From Promethearchaeota archaeon (GTDB lineage Archaea > Asgardarchaeota > Lokiarchaeia > Sigyniarchaeales > SOKP01): a DNA stretch of 57,176 nucleotides. The notes beneath the pieces are model-generated. The model was not told the origin of the DNA and ran no database searches. It was given only the letters and a program-made list of their open reading frames with translations. The DNA lies in assembly GCA_016839765.1 (NCBI GenBank), contig JAEOTP010000049.1:1-57176 (forward strand). Direction: 5' to 3'. The translations under genes and the position numbers were made by a program. This document shows, one piece after another, positions 29,901-39,045 of this stretch (position 1 is its first letter; each line of letters starts with the position of its first letter).

Positions 29901-30325
29901 AAATTTTCTAAAGGGCATCGACTGCTTTTTAACATAATAGGGATTTTTCCTATATAAATTTCTAACGTTTCTTCAGCCTCTTCCCTTTGAGTACGCTCAT
30001 CAATAGTTATTGGTGTCATTTCTAAAGTAATGTCGGCAGCATAACTCAATTCCCTAATTCTAGCTTCGATTGGAGTTATTTCCATTGTTGCTCCATCAGC
30101 TTCTCTTACTTTTGGGACCCCTACTTTAATTTTACCAAACTTTATCTTAAATCCTGGGATATCAGGTATTACTTCTCCTGATTCATCAACGATTTCTTGC
30201 ATTTCAAGTTCAATAAAGTTATTATATGAGTCTAAATGTTGACGAACCAAACCCTTTTCGTCAAATAAGCTTTTTAAAACAACCCATTTATCGCTATTAG
30301 ATAAATTATCAGAACTCAATTTCAT
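26948..30325 (-). CDS. rpoB: DNA-directed RNA polymerase subunit B (Rpo2), single chain
   Basis: GGYFIINGTERV, ETPEGPNCGLVKN, GDKFSSRHGQKG, RQPTEGRAREGGLRFGEMERD. Confidence 0.99.
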   Translation of the reverse strand: MKLSSDNLSNSDKWVVLKSLFDEKGLVRQHLDSYNNFIELEMQEIVDESGEVIPDIPGFKIKFGKIKVGVPKVREADGATMEITPIEARIRELSYAADITLEMTPITIDERTQREEAEETLEIYIGKIPIMLKSSRCPLENLSEQELINRGEDPLDPGGYFIINGTERVLVTQEDLAPNRILAEEASRSSSATHQAKVFSTRSGFRAPVTIERKKDGNLRVSFPSVPGKIPLAILMRSLGLHSDREIFEAISENEEIQKELIPVIDVASEIQVLKDAEKSQQNALDYIGKRVAIGQTKDYRIRRALQVLDRYLLPHIGNSEEDRIKKAYYLGQMAQKVMELALGLREPDDKDHYANKRLKLAGELFTSLFRVAFLNLVKDIKYQLERTAVRGRAPNIKTAVRADVITERIRHALATGNWVGGKAGVSQLLNRTNHVGTLSHLRRVISPLSRSQPHFEARDLHPTQWGKICPAETPEGPNCGLVKNLGLASIISVGADERIIENILIDLGVIPINEVKNVKGVKTKVFLNGKLVGIHQKHNPFIHQLREKRRKGEIGQHVNIGYYHDSREIQINCDAGRATRPLFVIKNKQLLILKEDIEKLKQNKYSWSDLIQKGVIEYLDAEEEENAYIAMFENDLNAEHTHMEISPAAILGICASIIPFPEHNQSPRNTYEAGMVKQALGLFAANMHLRLDTRGHTLHYPQQPLVKTSPMEIIGINKRPAGQNFIIAMMSYEGFNIEDAIIINKASINRGLARSHFFRTYDAEERKYPGGEIDKFEIPERGVRGFKSAESYRLLSEDDGIIEPETAVNGGDVLIGRTSPPRFIKSYEEFELMQPNRRETSKNMRHNEKGIVDTVIISETVDGNKLVKIKVRDLRIPELGDKFSSRHGQKGVLGLVQPQEDMPFTSSGVIPDIIVNPHAMPSRMTLGQLFEGISGKIACTTGKLGDATAFEWKEITKLQEQLVEAGFEFNGREVMYNGITGEKYEAGIYCAPIYYQKLYHLVADKLHARARGPVQILTRQPTEGRAREGGLRFGEMERDCLVGHGSALLLKERLLDESDKTVILVCEKCGLLAVYDRNRDKRYCPVCGEGTIISKVVCSYAFKLLLQEMMSLGLAPRLKLKEKI

Positions 30326-30359
30326 ATAAACCTATAAATTATTTTTATTAAAATGGTAA

Positions 30360-30617
30360 TTAGACTTTTTCTTTTGTAATATATCTGTAATAATTTACGA
30401 ACTTTACAGTTGTATGAGAATCTCTTATAATTTTAACTATATCTCCTTCTTTTGCTCCAACAGCAATGGCGACTGGATCCTTTTCAGACATTTGAGGTAA
30501 ATCAATTACGCTGATCTTAAATTTTTCTAGTAGTTTTTGTGATTCCTCTTTAGTTAAAAGGTGGTGCTTAGGTACCAACTCATGAAGTAAGACATCTATT
30601 TTACGTTTTTTTGTCAA
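30360..30617 (-). CDS. rpoH: RNA polymerase subunit H (Rpo5)
   Basis: HELVPKH, LPQM...DPV, GDIVKIIRDS, YYR. Confidence 0.97.
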   Translation of the reverse strand: MTKKRKIDVLLHELVPKHHLLTKEESQKLLEKFKISVIDLPQMSEKDPVAIAVGAKEGDIVKIIRDSHTTVKFVNYYRYITKEKV

Positions 30618-30705
30618 GAAAAAATCCTCTTATCTAATAAATTATTATTAATAAAGTGTAAGATTTCTAAAAAATTTTACTATTTACATCTGTATCATTT
30701 TAAGA

Positions 30706-31350
30706 TTAATTTTTTTGGGTTATTTTTTGTTTATAAGTGAAAATCCAATATCCGCTTTTTTTGCATATAATTTCGATATTTTCCTCTGAGAATTTATTTT
30801 TTAAATAGTTAGAAATAAATTCTGCTCCCATTTTTCTTTTAATTACAAATTGAAATAGTCCATTTGGCTTTAAATATAAAGGAATCTCATCAAAAAGATC
30901 TAAAAATTCTTTTCTTCCTTTTCTTAACGGGGGATTCATATAAATTCCATCAAAAATTATGTTTTTATTTTTTATTGGTTCAAAATAATTTCCACTCAAA
31001 GCAAAAACGCGACTTTTACTTTCTGGTAAATTTATCTTAATATTTTCTTTTGCACACCAAATTGCTCTTTTATTTATATCAATTAAATAGACAGTACTCT
31101 TAGGAGATTCATAGGCTAACACTATTCCAATAACTCCATACCCACAACCCAGATCTATAATAGTCCTTGATTTTGGAGGTATTAACATATTTTCTACTAG
31201 TATTTTTGTACCTAAATCCAATTTTTTATAAGCAAATACTCCTGTAATTGTTTTAAAAATAAATAAATGGCGCCTTAAACTTACTGAGAGAGATTGAAAT
31301 TTAACTCTGGCATCGGGGAATGGGCTATAATAATGCTTATTATTATACAT
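30706..31350 (-). CDS. RsmC-like class I SAM-dependent methyltransferase
   Basis: GVF...LDLGT, DLGCGYG, NPP. Confidence 0.92.
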   Translation of the reverse strand: MYNNKHYYSPFPDARVKFQSLSVSLRRHLFIFKTITGVFAYKKLDLGTKILVENMLIPPKSRTIIDLGCGYGVIGIVLAYESPKSTVYLIDINKRAIWCAKENIKINLPESKSRVFALSGNYFEPIKNKNIIFDGIYMNPPLRKGRKEFLDLFDEIPLYLKPNGLFQFVIKRKMGAEFISNYLKNKFSEENIEIICKKSGYWIFTYKQKITQKN

Positions 31351-31367
31351 AATACTTTAATGAAATC

Positions 31368-32381
31368 TTATTTTCTAGTTTTAGATTCACTCCAGTGAGG
31401 ATAAATACCACGTTCCATAAACACTTTATTAATTTTTACCATTATTCCTGATTTTGATTTGTAAATCTTCATTGCATTCATTTTAGCAATACCAAAACCA
31501 ATTAATTCCTTCTTCAGCGTCATTAAAGCTATTAGAGCGCCTAAATTTATTTTAGCATCGATGTAACATGCTCCTGCGGCAGCAAGATCTGCACCATGAC
31601 ATATTGCATCGACAGCTGTGTCTCTAACATATATCTTAGGAAGGTGAGATACCATTTTTTCCATAGGAGAAATAACACCTCTTAAATAATACTCATCGCC
31701 CTCTTTTTTATATAAAGTAAAAGCATCCTTTATATTTTGTAAGGTAACAAAACTATTATCCTCCTCAAAATTACCTACTCTTGTTCTTCTTAATTCAAGC
31801 ATATGAGCCCCTGAACATAAGGCTTCACCTACATCAAAACATAATTTACGTATATAAGTACCTGCCTCACAGCCAACTCTAAATAGAACATGATTTTTAT
31901 CAACTTCAAGAACTTTATTGTAATATATCTCTCTTATTCTTAATTTTCTTATAACTGAAGATTTTAAAGGAGGGGTTTGATAAATCTTTCCTGTAAAAAT
32001 TTTAAATATTTTTTCAATTTTTTTCTTTGGTTCTGGATTATGCAAATACATGACTCCTATGTATTCTTTACCTGCATCAAGCAATGCTGATAAAACCCGC
32101 GTTGCTTTTCCAAGAGCACAAGGTAATACTCCTGTAACTTTAGGATCTAAAGTTCCACCATGTCCAGCGTTAGATACGTCCAATATTTTACGTACCCAAG
32201 AAACTATCTCATGACTTGTTGGGCCTTTAGGTTTATCTAAATTAATTACCCCATACTGAAGTAAATCTTCAATTTTCCGTTTTTCTGGGTCACAGCCATA
32301 ATTATAATTAGTAGTATCTTGAGATTTTATTAATAACTGCTCAGGTTCATCAGATGGTAACTTTAATTCAGAATATTTCAT
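31368..32381 (-). CDS. cbf5: H/ACA RNA-guided pseudouridine synthase Cbf5
   Basis: LDKPKGPTSH, GHGGTLDP, GTYIR, ELRRTR, PUA domain. Confidence 0.97.
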   Translation of the reverse strand: MKYSELKLPSDEPEQLLIKSQDTTNYNYGCDPEKRKIEDLLQYGVINLDKPKGPTSHEIVSWVRKILDVSNAGHGGTLDPKVTGVLPCALGKATRVLSALLDAGKEYIGVMYLHNPEPKKKIEKIFKIFTGKIYQTPPLKSSVIRKLRIREIYYNKVLEVDKNHVLFRVGCEAGTYIRKLCFDVGEALCSGAHMLELRRTRVGNFEEDNSFVTLQNIKDAFTLYKKEGDEYYLRGVISPMEKMVSHLPKIYVRDTAVDAICHGADLAAAGACYIDAKINLGALIALMTLKKELIGFGIAKMNAMKIYKSKSGIMVKINKVFMERGIYPHWSESKTRK

Positions 32382-32532
32382 CTTAAAATTATTGAAGAGA
32401 ATTTTTTATAAGTAAATTAGGGTATATTTAAATTTTATTTTTATTAATTTAATTTCTCTTGGAAATAACAAAATGTAAAAAGAGGTTCTCTAAACCTTAT
32501 AAATTTGTGATAAGAAAAAACATTAGATAGAA

Positions 32533-32606
32533 CGGGCTATGGGGGATTCGAACCCCCGACCTTCAGGTTAAAAGCCTGCTGCGCTACCTGTCTGCGCTAA
32601 TAGCCC
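32533..32606 (-). tRNA. tRNA-Lys(UUU)
   Basis: Reverse complement GGGCTAT...CAGG-CT-TTT-AA-CCTG...GGGGG-TTCGAAT-CCCCC-ATAGCCC-G. Confidence 0.96.
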
Positions 32607-32737
32607 TAACATTAATTATACTAAAGATTAATTATTAAATTTGAAGTGAAATTACAATATAACAAATCTATAATAATATAAAATTTTTTCTGTATTTTTT
32701 TGGATATAATCAAGAATTATTTATAATTAAATTTAAT

Positions 32738-33754
32738 CTACTTAAAATGCTCAAATCCTTGACTTTTTATTTCCAATTTGGTGTCATTCTTTTTAAAATA
32801 TATTTTTTCTTCTGAAATTACTTTTCCTATTTTAAACAACTTTCCCCCTCCTTCATTAGCCTTTTTTTGAGCGGTTTCAATGTTATTAGAGCCAATTGTA
32901 AATATTTGGATAAATTCTTCCCCTCCCTCAAATATCAGTTTTTCTAAAGGAAAATTATACTCTTGTGAGTATAAGAGAGCCTCCTTATGGATTAAATTAT
33001 CATTAAAGTCAATTTCAAAGCCAATATGAGGATTGACTAACATTAAATCTCTTAAGGATTTTGCTAAACCATCTGATGAGTCGATACTTGAAGTCGCTAA
33101 ACTATTATTAGCTAAAATATAGGCTTCCTCACCAGGATCTATTGGTTCCAATACACTAAGTATTGATCTTTTATATTTTGGATATTTTTTTAGATTACCT
33201 TTTTTCCTTACGAGAATATCAAAACCCACACCAGTCAAACCAAATTTACTATTTACAACCAAAATATCCCCTGTGTGTATTCCACTTCTAAATATTATCA
33301 TTGAAGGATCTTTAAAACCAAATACAGTAGGGTTGATAATTAATTCTTTGGTTTTATTAAGATCACCTCCTATATAATCAAGATTCCACTTTTTACAATA
33401 ATCGATTATACCATTCATCAACTCATCAAAAAAATTCATACTCAAAGTGTTTGGTATGCCTAATGAAATAATGATTCCCTTTGGCCTTACACCTTTAACC
33501 ATTAAATCACTAATATTCATAAGAACAGATTTTCGCCCAATCTGACGAAAATTCATTTGTTTTGGAGCATCGGTTGTGGATACAAACATATCTGAATTAA
33601 GAATTAAATTATTTTGAAAATCCAGCTTCTTAAGCGAAAAAAAGAAACTATCATCTTGAATTAATTCTTTACCAGTTTTCTCAAAGATTAAATTATCAAT
33701 AATTTTGATAATTTTTAGTTCTCCAAGATCTCTTATATATTTTTTTTGACTCAT
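32738..33754 (-). CDS. thiL: Thiamine-monophosphate kinase
   Basis: LGELKII, DDS, NISDL, IGGD, IDSSDGL, GGEEF. Confidence 0.93.
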   Translation of the reverse strand: MSQKKYIRDLGELKIIKIIDNLIFEKTGKELIQDDSFFFSLKKLDFQNNLILNSDMFVSTTDAPKQMNFRQIGRKSVLMNISDLMVKGVRPKGIIISLGIPNTLSMNFFDELMNGIIDYCKKWNLDYIGGDLNKTKELIINPTVFGFKDPSMIIFRSGIHTGDILVVNSKFGLTGVGFDILVRKKGNLKKYPKYKRSILSVLEPIDPGEEAYILANNSLATSSIDSSDGLAKSLRDLMLVNPHIGFEIDFNDNLIHKEALLYSQEYNFPLEKLIFEGGEEFIQIFTIGSNNIETAQKKANEGGGKLFKIGKVISEEKIYFKKNDTKLEIKSQGFEHFK

Positions 33755-33805
33755 TAGAAAAATTTTATAATTTTTAAAATTTATATTTAATTAGTTTAAT
33801 ATCTT

Positions 33806-33936
33806 GCCTCTGTGGCTTAGCAGTATAGCGATTATCTTATTATTTCTGATAAGATTGCTAAAGATTCGTAATCTGTAGGTCGGGGGTTCAAATGCAGAGA
33901 AAATCCTTCTCTAAAGAATAATTCCCCCCAGAGGCT
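33806..33936 (+). tRNA. tRNA-Thr(CGU) with two introns (33833-33861 and 33892-33921); mature 72 nt plus CCA
   Basis: Acceptor GCCTCTG/CAGAGGC, U73; spliced anticodon arm ATAGA-TT-CGT-AA-TCTGT; spliced T arm GGGGG-TTCAATT-CCCCC; BHB-type motif at each intron. Confidence 0.9.
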
Positions 33937-34954
33937 ATATCTCTATATCCTCAGCGGTTAAGTATTTCTTTATGATTTGTAATGCTAGCATTTTAAAGGC
34001 ATCATCTATATTTTCTCCTGTTTTTGCTGATGTCTCAACATATGATAATTTAAGTTTTTGGGAAAGTGTTTCACCTTCTTTAGTTGAAACTACTCTATCA
34101 TCTTTTAAATCAATTTTGTTTCCAACTAATATCAGTGAGATTCTTGGTGAAGCTTTATTTATTTCATTAAACCAATTTTCAATATTTACGAAAGAAGTTT
34201 TATTAGTTACATCAAAAACAAGAATTCCCGCTTCTGCGTTGGCCAAGTAAGATTGTCTAACCCGCTTAAATTGTGCCTGGCCCGCTAGATCCCAAATTAC
34301 AAAACGTACAGCGCTCTGTAAACCCTCAAATTTGCATTCTTTTTTCATGATTGAAGTTCCAATTGTTGATTTGTAATCTGTAGCAAATGTATTTTCTACG
34401 AACCTGTGTACCATACTGGTTTTACCCACATTACCATCCCCTCCTAATATTAATTTAAATGCATACTCTCCAGATTTTATTCTAACTTTTTGGAGTTTAT
34501 CTACTTTTCTTTGAATATTCTTAGTATCTTTTTTAGCTATTAATTTTGGGATAACTGGACTTACCGATCTTCCGTCAAAAATTCTAGCAATTTTTTCAGC
34601 GGCTAAATATGCATAAGGAAATATCGGATCAACTCCAGCAATCGCATCTAAAATAGTTACAAATACTGCTTCTGGTCCAGCTTCACAAAAAATTAATCTA
34701 TATTCTTCAGTATCGAAAGTACCTGTTCCAAAAGAACCAGAACTAAACTCTTCAGTAATTCTTGTTAATACAGGTTCTACTAACGCACTAACGCCCCCCA
34801 CAATTTCCTCATCTAAAGTATTCTTTGATGATTTAGCTAAAGCATCAATCACTAACCCTTCTCTATTTACAACAAGTACAGCGACTAAATAATCTCCAAC
34901 ATTTTGCGAATACCATTCTAGTAATGCCTTCAATTTTTTTGTATCAATTGACAA
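33935..34954 (-). CDS. Roadblock/LC7 plus Rab-like GTPase fusion
   Basis: AVLVVNREGLVI roadblock N-terminus; GDGNVGKT, WDLAGQ, GNKID, ETSAK. Confidence 0.92.
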   Translation of the reverse strand: MSIDTKKLKALLEWYSQNVGDYLVAVLVVNREGLVIDALAKSSKNTLDEEIVGGVSALVEPVLTRITEEFSSGSFGTGTFDTEEYRLIFCEAGPEAVFVTILDAIAGVDPIFPYAYLAAEKIARIFDGRSVSPVIPKLIAKKDTKNIQRKVDKLQKVRIKSGEYAFKLILGGDGNVGKTSMVHRFVENTFATDYKSTIGTSIMKKECKFEGLQSAVRFVIWDLAGQAQFKRVRQSYLANAEAGILVFDVTNKTSFVNIENWFNEINKASPRISLILVGNKIDLKDDRVVSTKEGETLSQKLKLSYVETSAKTGENIDDAFKMLALQIIKKYLTAEDIEI

Positions 34955-35165
34955 AATCTACAACTCTTTGTGCAATTAGAGAATGTTGAAATAAGAACCC
35001 TATAAATTATATAACTAGTTAAATATATTCTAATAAAAATTTTTTTAAAAGAAAGGGAGAAAGATAAAATAAATTTTTTAAAATTTATAGTATTTAATTT
35101 CATTAACTTTTAATGGTAAATAATCTTAATTCATCGTATTCGCTTGAGTTTTAAATTTAATCCCA

Positions 35166-35250
35166 GCAGGAGTAGCCAAGCCTGGTCAACGGTGCTAGAC
35201 CGAGGCTCTAGTCTCATAGGAGTTCGAGGGTTCAAATCCCTCCTCCTGCA
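35166..35250 (+). tRNA. tRNA-Leu(GAG), long variable arm
   Basis: GCAGGAG/CTCCTGC, A73, CTAGA-CC-GAG-GC-TCTAG, variable arm CTC-ATAG-GAG, GAGGG-TTCAAAT-CCCTC. Confidence 0.93.
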
Positions 35251-35309
35251 TTTTGATATTAGATCGTGGTTTATAAATTTGTTATGGTTATAATTGAGAT
35301 ATAGAATAA

Positions 35310-38300
35310 TTAGAAGAAATCAGATAACTTCTGTTGCTTTATTCTGGGATTATTCGTTAGACTCTCTACATATTCCTCAGTCAATTCCATCCGTTGAATA
35401 GTATACTCATCTAATTCAAATTCTTTACATATTTTAATAGCACGAGGAATATATTTTTCTATTCCTCCTCTATTAACTGTTAAAATAACTCTATTTCCAC
35501 ATTTAGGGCAATTTCCTGAATTAGAAAGAGGTGGTCTTCTGAATTTTTCATTACATTTTACACACCTGAATTCTTGTAAAGAAAACTTCCTTAAATTACC
35601 TAAAATATCCGGATTGAAGTGGGTAGTTAATATTTTTTCTGCTACTTTTTTAGCATTTACAGATTTAATGATTTCAGCTAGATGTAATTGAGCATCTATT
35701 TTATTATCCATAGATTCGTATGTTTTATACGCCGTAACTGTTGGTCCTTCATTAATATTTTTAGTAGGTATGTTGAATCCAATGTTTTCATATTGTTCAG
35801 GAGTACCTAATCGGCTTTCTACAAGCATCATCAATGTTTCAATTTTTGATGGAGAGACAAATTTCTCGCTTGCCTCATAAAACTCTAAGGGATATTTATA
35901 AAGTGTATCTACATTATGTGCCTCAACATCTATTTCATTTGGATCTAAGAATGTACCAATAACCAATGTAGCATCCATTCTTCCACCAATTTTACTTGGT
36001 AAATAATGCCTAGAAAAATTCAAAAGAGGATCTAAAAGTAACATTATCCCATCTTCATCTCCATCACAATTTCTTCTTTTTGCCGCATGCCAATAAGGAT
36101 GTGCATAAATTGATCTAGCGGGAGTGAATCCAATGATACGACCAATAATTCCTGCACTTGTATGAGGAGCTAATCCCACCAATAAATGTCCAACCAAATC
36201 GGGTTTTTCAGAAATATTATAAAATCTATCCACTTCATAAAAATACTCTAACTCATCATCTAAAAACCGAGAAACTTTAATTAAATAATCAGCACAATCA
36301 TTTGAAATGATAACATCTTGTACCTTCAATTCAATAATTTGTTTTTTGTCATTTAATGGGTCACCCTTAAAATCATGTGTATATCCCAAATCTCTTAGCC
36401 CTTCAATAGAGACTCCAATTTCTTCTGCTTTAAAATGGGTTAAAGGTATATCGGTAGCATCGTACCTTATTTCAGCAGTTTTATATACTAAGACCTCATT
36501 TTTTGCCCGTAAAATGCCTTTTTCTATAGGTTCTGGTACCTTGAATGTATTTGTTAAACCAAAAATACCTTTTAATTTTTTTGGAAAAGGCAATTGAAGA
36601 GAATTTAAAACTGAATCTATATGAGATTTAATATTGAATATAGCCTCACTTGAAGATTTTAGTGTTTCCCCGCATTTAGGGCATTTATCGTTTTCATTAG
36701 GATCTGATGCGGGAAATAAATTTTTACATTTTATACAGATTGATTTTAACTCAGTATGAGCTTTACATTTAGGACATAAATTAAATATACTTACATTACC
36801 ACATTTAGAGCACATTCTCCTGCATACATCTATTTGTACTTTTTGCAATTCTCTTGCTTTTTCTACTGATCTAGAATTACCAACTTTATCACTTAGAGGA
36901 AATAGTGTATGAACTCCCTTCATACTTTTTCTTTCGGATTTCTCAGGACGTCCCATCCGCGTACCCATAAAATAAGGTGCTTTATTCTTCACTCTAATCG
37001 AAGATACCTTAAAAAAATAACTGAACACATCATCTTCCTTACTATATTTAATTGATTTTTTATCTTTTAGATTAAATAACGCCTTATAGACAGTATTCAT
37101 AGCTTTTTTAAAAAAAATTTTATTATCCTTAACTTTATGTAATACAAATGCTTTTTCTAGAATCTCTTTAATTTCCTTGGTATTTTCTAAGATTATTTTC
37201 TCATTTTGTTCTGAAAAATTAGAAATAAATGCCTTTCTTAAAAGATCTAATTCTTCTACTGAGACATTACCCCAAAAATCAATATAAGAGGGATGTAGAG
37301 GTATATTGTAATTTAATGATATTTCTATTGCTTCATCAGCTGTAGGTTTACATTCAAAGGGGTTAGTTATATAATCACGGATTTTTTGATCAATCTTTTG
37401 TAGATTCTCAACGGCTTTTTCTAATTCTAAAGCCCACCATTCTTCTACATAACCAGAAGGTACTAATATATGATTATTTTCTGCGAATTCTCCAAAGCCA
37501 AAAAGAATATCTCCTAGAAATAATATTTGTTCTATTTTAGGAAAATAATGGTTTGCCATTTTATAATTATTTACTTTAATCACATTCCCATTTTTCAATT
37601 TAACAATAGGAGGTTCAATGGAATTAACAGGACAAATACTGGTACTTTTTCCAGGCCTTTCAATTCTTAATTGTGTACCTATTGAGATAAAATCATCCAA
37701 AATCCCCATAGTTGCGGGGTTAATTCCCGCTGCAGCTAAACCAGTATTCCTAGACCTTCCATACCTTATCCTATGACCGCCTATTTCAGATGGATGACTA
37801 AAAACAGGTCTTCCTGCTATAATATCAGCAACAAACTTTGAATTTGGGAGAATTTTTATCTTTTCTTCTTTATTTCCGTTTTTTACTCCTGTTTTATGTA
37901 CAATTGAGTTTTTATCTTCTCCTTTATTAGCAACTTTTTTTAAATCGGCTAACCAATTCCAACTTTCTAAATTCATAGATTTTGCGATTTTTAAAAGTTT
38001 TGGCGCCTTTAGAAGAATTCCATCATTTAATACTAAGCAAGCGCCTCCACGGATTTTATTTGTTTCAATTCTTGGTAAATTTCGAAACGCTGAGACCTCT
38101 TCATCTTCTGTTGAGTCCCCATTTATTTCTACAGGTAAGTGTTTTACAGCGAATCTTATCTCATCATTGGAAGAAGGATACTGTAAATGAACTCTTCTGT
38201 CATATAATTTCACTTCTTCGACATATCTTCCAATTTCAGCTTCTGTGGCTTCATATTTAGGTATTTTTGTTTTTTCTCTTACATAATCAGCTATTAAAAC

Positions 38301-38774
38301 ACATAGTGCTTGTGTTGTTCCTCCCGCGGCTCTTATTGGTCCTGCAAAATATAAGGATAAATATTTATTTCCTTGCTTGTCACTTCTGATGAGAATCTTT
38401 GAAATTCCTTCTAGGGGAGCACTGACAACACCCATAGTTTTTATTGCTAAACCTACTCTAATAGATCTTTCCACTCTTTCTTCTAATGATTGAATATTTC
38501 CAATTTTTTGATCCAAAATATCTGAAACTACTTGAAATACTATTTCATCATCACTTTTCCCCTTAATTTTAAGTTCTCTTATGGTTTCAGCGACTCCTTC
38601 TGGTCCAACAAGCTTTTCTACTCTTCCAGCTAAATCTCTTGCTTGTGGAGACTCTACATATAGTTCTGGGTCTAAACCTTTTTTGCGGGCTCTTTCTGCG
38701 AGATCATAACATTTATCAACTTGTTTTTGAATCACTAAAAAGTAACCTTCCATTTCTTTGCTCATTTCGACCAT
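35310..38774 (-). CDS. polC: DNA polymerase D large subunit (DP2)
   Basis: GVVSAPLEGI, YFAGPIRAAGGT, RYGRSRNTG, RMGRPEK, HAAKRRNCDGDED, C-terminal PIP box QQKLSDFF. Confidence 0.98.
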   Translation of the reverse strand: MVEMSKEMEGYFLVIQKQVDKCYDLAERARKKGLDPELYVESPQARDLAGRVEKLVGPEGVAETIRELKIKGKSDDEIVFQVVSDILDQKIGNIQSLEERVERSIRVGLAIKTMGVVSAPLEGISKILIRSDKQGNKYLSLYFAGPIRAAGGTTQALCVLIADYVREKTKIPKYEATEAEIGRYVEEVKLYDRRVHLQYPSSNDEIRFAVKHLPVEINGDSTEDEEVSAFRNLPRIETNKIRGGACLVLNDGILLKAPKLLKIAKSMNLESWNWLADLKKVANKGEDKNSIVHKTGVKNGNKEEKIKILPNSKFVADIIAGRPVFSHPSEIGGHRIRYGRSRNTGLAAAGINPATMGILDDFISIGTQLRIERPGKSTSICPVNSIEPPIVKLKNGNVIKVNNYKMANHYFPKIEQILFLGDILFGFGEFAENNHILVPSGYVEEWWALELEKAVENLQKIDQKIRDYITNPFECKPTADEAIEISLNYNIPLHPSYIDFWGNVSVEELDLLRKAFISNFSEQNEKIILENTKEIKEILEKAFVLHKVKDNKIFFKKAMNTVYKALFNLKDKKSIKYSKEDDVFSYFFKVSSIRVKNKAPYFMGTRMGRPEKSERKSMKGVHTLFPLSDKVGNSRSVEKARELQKVQIDVCRRMCSKCGNVSIFNLCPKCKAHTELKSICIKCKNLFPASDPNENDKCPKCGETLKSSSEAIFNIKSHIDSVLNSLQLPFPKKLKGIFGLTNTFKVPEPIEKGILRAKNEVLVYKTAEIRYDATDIPLTHFKAEEIGVSIEGLRDLGYTHDFKGDPLNDKKQIIELKVQDVIISNDCADYLIKVSRFLDDELEYFYEVDRFYNISEKPDLVGHLLVGLAPHTSAGIIGRIIGFTPARSIYAHPYWHAAKRRNCDGDEDGIMLLLDPLLNFSRHYLPSKIGGRMDATLVIGTFLDPNEIDVEAHNVDTLYKYPLEFYEASEKFVSPSKIETLMMLVESRLGTPEQYENIGFNIPTKNINEGPTVTAYKTYESMDNKIDAQLHLAEIIKSVNAKKVAEKILTTHFNPDILGNLRKFSLQEFRCVKCNEKFRRPPLSNSGNCPKCGNRVILTVNRGGIEKYIPRAIKICKEFELDEYTIQRMELTEEYVESLTNNPRIKQQKLSDFF

Positions 38775-39045
38775 TGATAACCAACTTAAAAATGTGTAAT
38801 GTTAGGTTTTCTAAGAGAGTTAATCTTCTTAACAATCCTAAACCAATAAATTGATTTATTAATAGGCTAATTGAAACCTTATTTTTTAATAAATAGAGAT
38901 AGAGGATTTTTAATTAATTCAATAATATTGATATTTTAAACACTCCCTATTTATAAAAAGTACAAATTTGTTTTTTGTTTAATAATAAACCATTAAATTT
39001 TGTCTCCACATTAATACAATAATTAATATTCTGGTAGAGAAAAAA

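Noticed and set aside
8770-35250. tRNA genes as integration sites of a mobile element
   Set aside because: I saw no duplicated tRNA 3' ends or integrase genes; flanking genes are housekeeping
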